A stretch of DNA of 64,000 bases from Thermoanaerobaculia bacterium. GTDB taxonomy: Bacteria > Acidobacteriota > Thermoanaerobaculia > UBA5066. Both the position numbers and the translations under genes were made by a program. Under the pieces are notes generated by a model, which worked only from the letters and a program-made list of their open reading frames with translations, had not been told where the DNA came from and did not search any database. Position 1 is the stretch's first letter; each line of letters begins with the position of its first letter. This document shows positions 61,652 to 64,000 of the stretch, one piece after another. The stretch is taken from assembly GCA_963719225.1 (NCBI GenBank), contig CAVRAY010000001.1, positions 2,624,001 through 2,688,000 of the forward strand. Reading direction: 5' to 3'.

Positions 61652-62278
61652 TTACTTGCTGTAAAGCTCGACGATGAGCTTCTCGTTGACCTGCAAGGCG
61701 ACGTCCTCGCGCTTCGGGAGCGTCACGACCTTGCCCTGGAACTCCGACGCGTTCAGCTCGAGCCACGCGGGAATCCCGCGGCCCTTCGCCGTTTCGACGG
61801 CTCCCGCGATCAGCGGGTTCGTCTTGCTCTTGTCCTTGACGGAGACGACGGCGCCGGCTCCGACGACGTAGCTCGGGATGTTGACCTTCTTCCCGTTCAC
61901 GCGGACGTGCCCGTGGCGAACGAGCTGGCGCGCCTGCGCGCGCGAGCCGGAGAATCCGAGCCGGTGGACGACGTTGTCGAGCCGGCGCTCGAGCAGCGAG
62001 AGCAGGTTCTCGCCCGTGACGCCGCGCATGCGCTCGGCCGCCTCGAACGTCAGCCGGAACTGGCCCTCGAGGACTCCGTAGAACCTCTTCAGCTTCTGCT
62101 TCTCGCGGAGCTGGATGCCGTATCCGAGGATCTTCGACCGGCGCTTGCCGTGCTGGCCGGGCGGGAAATTGCGACGCTCGATGGCGCACTTGTTCGTGAA
62201 GCAGCGGTCCCCTTTGAGGAACAGCTTCATGCCCTCACGCCGGCACAACCGGCAGACGGATTCGCGATAACGAGCCAC
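61652..62278 (-). CDS. rpsD: 30S ribosomal protein S4
   Basis: [24 protein letters not shown]. Confidence 0.97.
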   Translation of the reverse strand: MARYRESVCRLCRREGMKLFLKGDRCFTNKCAIERRNFPPGQHGKRRSKILGYGIQLREKQKLKRFYGVLEGQFRLTFEAAERMRGVTGENLLSLLERRLDNVVHRLGFSGSRAQARQLVRHGHVRVNGKKVNIPSYVVGAGAVVSVKDKSKTNPLIAGAVETAKGRGIPAWLELNASEFQGKVVTLPKREDVALQVNEKLIVELYSK

Positions 62279-62280
62279 GG

Positions 62281-62718
62281 TCAGACCCTCCTGCGCTTAC
62301 GCGGCCGGCAGCCGTTGTGGGGAATGGGCGTCGCGTCCCGGATGGAACGGATGTCGATGCCGGCGGCGGCGAGGGCCCGAATGGCGCTCTCGCGCCCGGC
62401 GCCCGGGCCGTTCACGCGCACGTCCAGCGAGCGCACGCCGTGCTCCTGCGCGATCTGCGCGGCGTTGCCGGCGGCGAGCTGAGCGGCGAAGGGCGTGCCC
62501 TTGCGCGAGCCCTTGAAGCCGATGCGCCCGGCCGACGACCACGCGAGCACGTTGCCCTGCTGATCGGTGATCGAGACGATCGTGTTGTTGAAGGACGCCT
62601 GCACCGTCGCGAGCGCGTGCGGGATGTTCTTCTTGTCCTTCTTGGGGCCTTTTTTCTTGCCCTTGCCGGCAGCGGGCTTGGCGGGCGTCGCTCCGGTCGG
62701 TTCTGTCGGGTTTGCCAT
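62281..62718 (-). CDS. rpsK: 30S ribosomal protein S11
   Basis: [29 protein letters not shown]. Confidence 0.97.
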   Translation of the reverse strand: MANPTEPTGATPAKPAAGKGKKKGPKKDKKNIPHALATVQASFNNTIVSITDQQGNVLAWSSAGRIGFKGSRKGTPFAAQLAAGNAAQIAQEHGVRSLDVRVNGPGAGRESAIRALAAAGIDIRSIRDATPIPHNGCRPRKRRRV

Positions 62719-62740
62719 GTCTTATTTCCTCTTGGTGCCC

Positions 62741-63124
62741 TTACTTCTTCGTGGCTTTCTTCTTCCCGGCCACGGCGCCCTTGCGGGGACCCTTCCGCGT
62801 GCGGGCGTTCGTGTGGGTGCGCTGTCCGCGGACGGGCAGGTTCCGGCGGTGTCTCACGCCGCGATAGCAGCCGATCTCCATGAGACGCTTGATGTTCTGG
62901 GAGGTCTCCTTGCGGAGATCGCCCTCGACCTCGTAATCGTCCTGGATCGTCTTGCGGATCCGGGACACCTCGTCCTCGGAGAGATCCTTGACGCGCGTGT
63001 TCCGGTCGACCTTCGCGGTCTCGAGGATCTTGCCGGAGCTCGGGCGCCCGATCCCGAAGATGTAGGTCAGGCCGATTTCGACGCGCTTGTTCGGGGGAAG
63101 GTCGACGCCTGCGATACGTGCCAT
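62741..63124 (-). CDS. rpsM: 30S ribosomal protein S13
   Basis: [27 protein letters not shown]. Confidence 0.97.
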   Translation of the reverse strand: MARIAGVDLPPNKRVEIGLTYIFGIGRPSSGKILETAKVDRNTRVKDLSEDEVSRIRKTIQDDYEVEGDLRKETSQNIKRLMEIGCYRGVRHRRNLPVRGQRTHTNARTRKGPRKGAVAGKKKATKK

Positions 63125-63137
63125 TCTCGGATTCCTC

Positions 63138-63251
63138 TCAGCCCTGACGCTGTTTGTGCTTGACGTTCTCGCAGATGACCCGCACCACGCCGGCGCGGCG
63201 GATCACCTTGCACTTGCTGCAGATCTTCTTGACGGACGTGCGGACTTTCAT
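63138..63251 (-). CDS. rpmJ: 50S ribosomal protein L36
   Basis: Own translation: [37 protein letters not shown]. Confidence 0.95.
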   Translation of the reverse strand: MKVRTSVKKICSKCKVIRRAGVVRVICENVKHKQRQG

Positions 63252-63264
63252 GCGGGACCTCGAT

Positions 63265-63483
63265 TCACTTGTACCGGTAGATGATGCGGCCGCGCGTCAG
63301 GTCGTACGGCGAAAGCTCGACGAGGACCTTGTCCCCCGGCAGGATGCGGATGAAATGCTTCCGCATCTTCCCGGAGATGTGCGCGAGCACCTGATGCTTG
63401 TTTTCCAATTCGACCTTGAACATCGCGTTCGGCAACGGCTCGATGACCGTCGCGGTCACTTCGATGGCGTCTTCCTTCGACAT
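63265..63483 (-). CDS. infA: Translation initiation factor IF-1
   Basis: [26 protein letters not shown]. Confidence 0.97.
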   Translation of the reverse strand: MSKEDAIEVTATVIEPLPNAMFKVELENKHQVLAHISGKMRKHFIRILPGDKVLVELSPYDLTRGRIIYRYK

Positions 63484-63504
63484 AAACCTTCTGTCTCGCC
63501 TCCG

Positions 63505-64000
63505 TCAGACCGCGACGGGAAGCGGATATTCGTGAAAGCCGGGTGCGCCCGTCTGCACCGAGCCGGCCGAAAAACGCCCGAAGCCGAGCACGACGGGCCC
63601 CTGTGCCGTGGCGACGACCGTGTGCTCGAAGTGAGCCGACACGCGGCCGTCCTTCGTGCGGACCGTCCAGCCGTCGGTGTCCGTCGTGACGGCCGCGGCC
63701 CCGAGATTGAACATCGGCTCGATCGCGAGCGTCATGCCCTCCCGGATGATCTCCCGCTTACCCGGCTGTCCGTAGTTAGGCACCTGCGGCTCCTCGTGGA
63801 GCGCCGTCCCGATGCCGTGCCCCACGAACTCGCGCACGACCCCGTACTTCCGGCTCTTCGCGACGGTCTCCACCGCGGCGCCGACGTCTCCGATGCGCCC
63901 GCCGACCACGACGGCCCCGATGCCGGCGAGAAGCGCGGAATGAGTCGTCTCGACGAGCTCCTTGACGGGAGGGGCCACGGGCTCGAGAGCGACCGTACGC
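63505..64000 (-). CDS. map: Methionine aminopeptidase (5' end outside window)
   Basis: GHGIG..LHEEP, IEPM, SAHFEHT. Confidence 0.93.
   Translation of the reverse strand, partial: RTVALEPVAPPVKELVETTHSALLAGIGAVVVGGRIGDVGAAVETVAKSRKYGVVREFVGHGIGTALHEEPQVPNYGQPGKREIIREGMTLAIEPMFNLGAAAVTTDTDGWTVRTKDGRVSAHFEHTVVATAQGPVVLGFGRFSAGSVQTGAPGFHEYPLPVAV

Overview
High-GC bacterial chromosomal DNA. Gene content suggests Acidobacteriota, probably Thermoanaerobaculia-like (inference only). From left to right: a BNR/VPS10-repeat protein and its partner; a Tat-signal mini-ORF coupled to an amidase; a ~14 kb signalling island (5 PAS/CHASE histidine kinases, a NarL-type regulator, REC-GGDEF-EAL); asnS, acyl-CoA dehydrogenase, DUF4388 and a GAF-GGDEF gene; mpg, an epimerase, a SpoIIE phosphatase, dacB and a nuclease-DinG helicase; a PP2C/DnaJ-TPR/RodZ cluster; a ~16 kb minus-strand aro-his-trp superoperon with four gene fusions; cysS, def, acpS; and the end of the ribosomal alpha operon. 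Two signals stand out. (1) A 13-aa leader peptide, MIFVVRHWHVHHS, with antiterminator and terminator hairpins sits directly upstream of the superoperon. It appears to be one attenuator sensing both His and Trp. (2) An AT/pyrimidine-rich motif (core TTC-N3-GAA, approx. CCCC-TCTTC[A/C]CC-TTCNAAGAAAT-CTCTT) occurs about 20 times inside housekeeping genes between 24 and 53 kb, mostly as inverted pairs. Some copies add in-frame amino acids and others recode existing codons. No tRNA, rRNA, CRISPR array or transposase was seen. All comparisons were made by eye, without searches.
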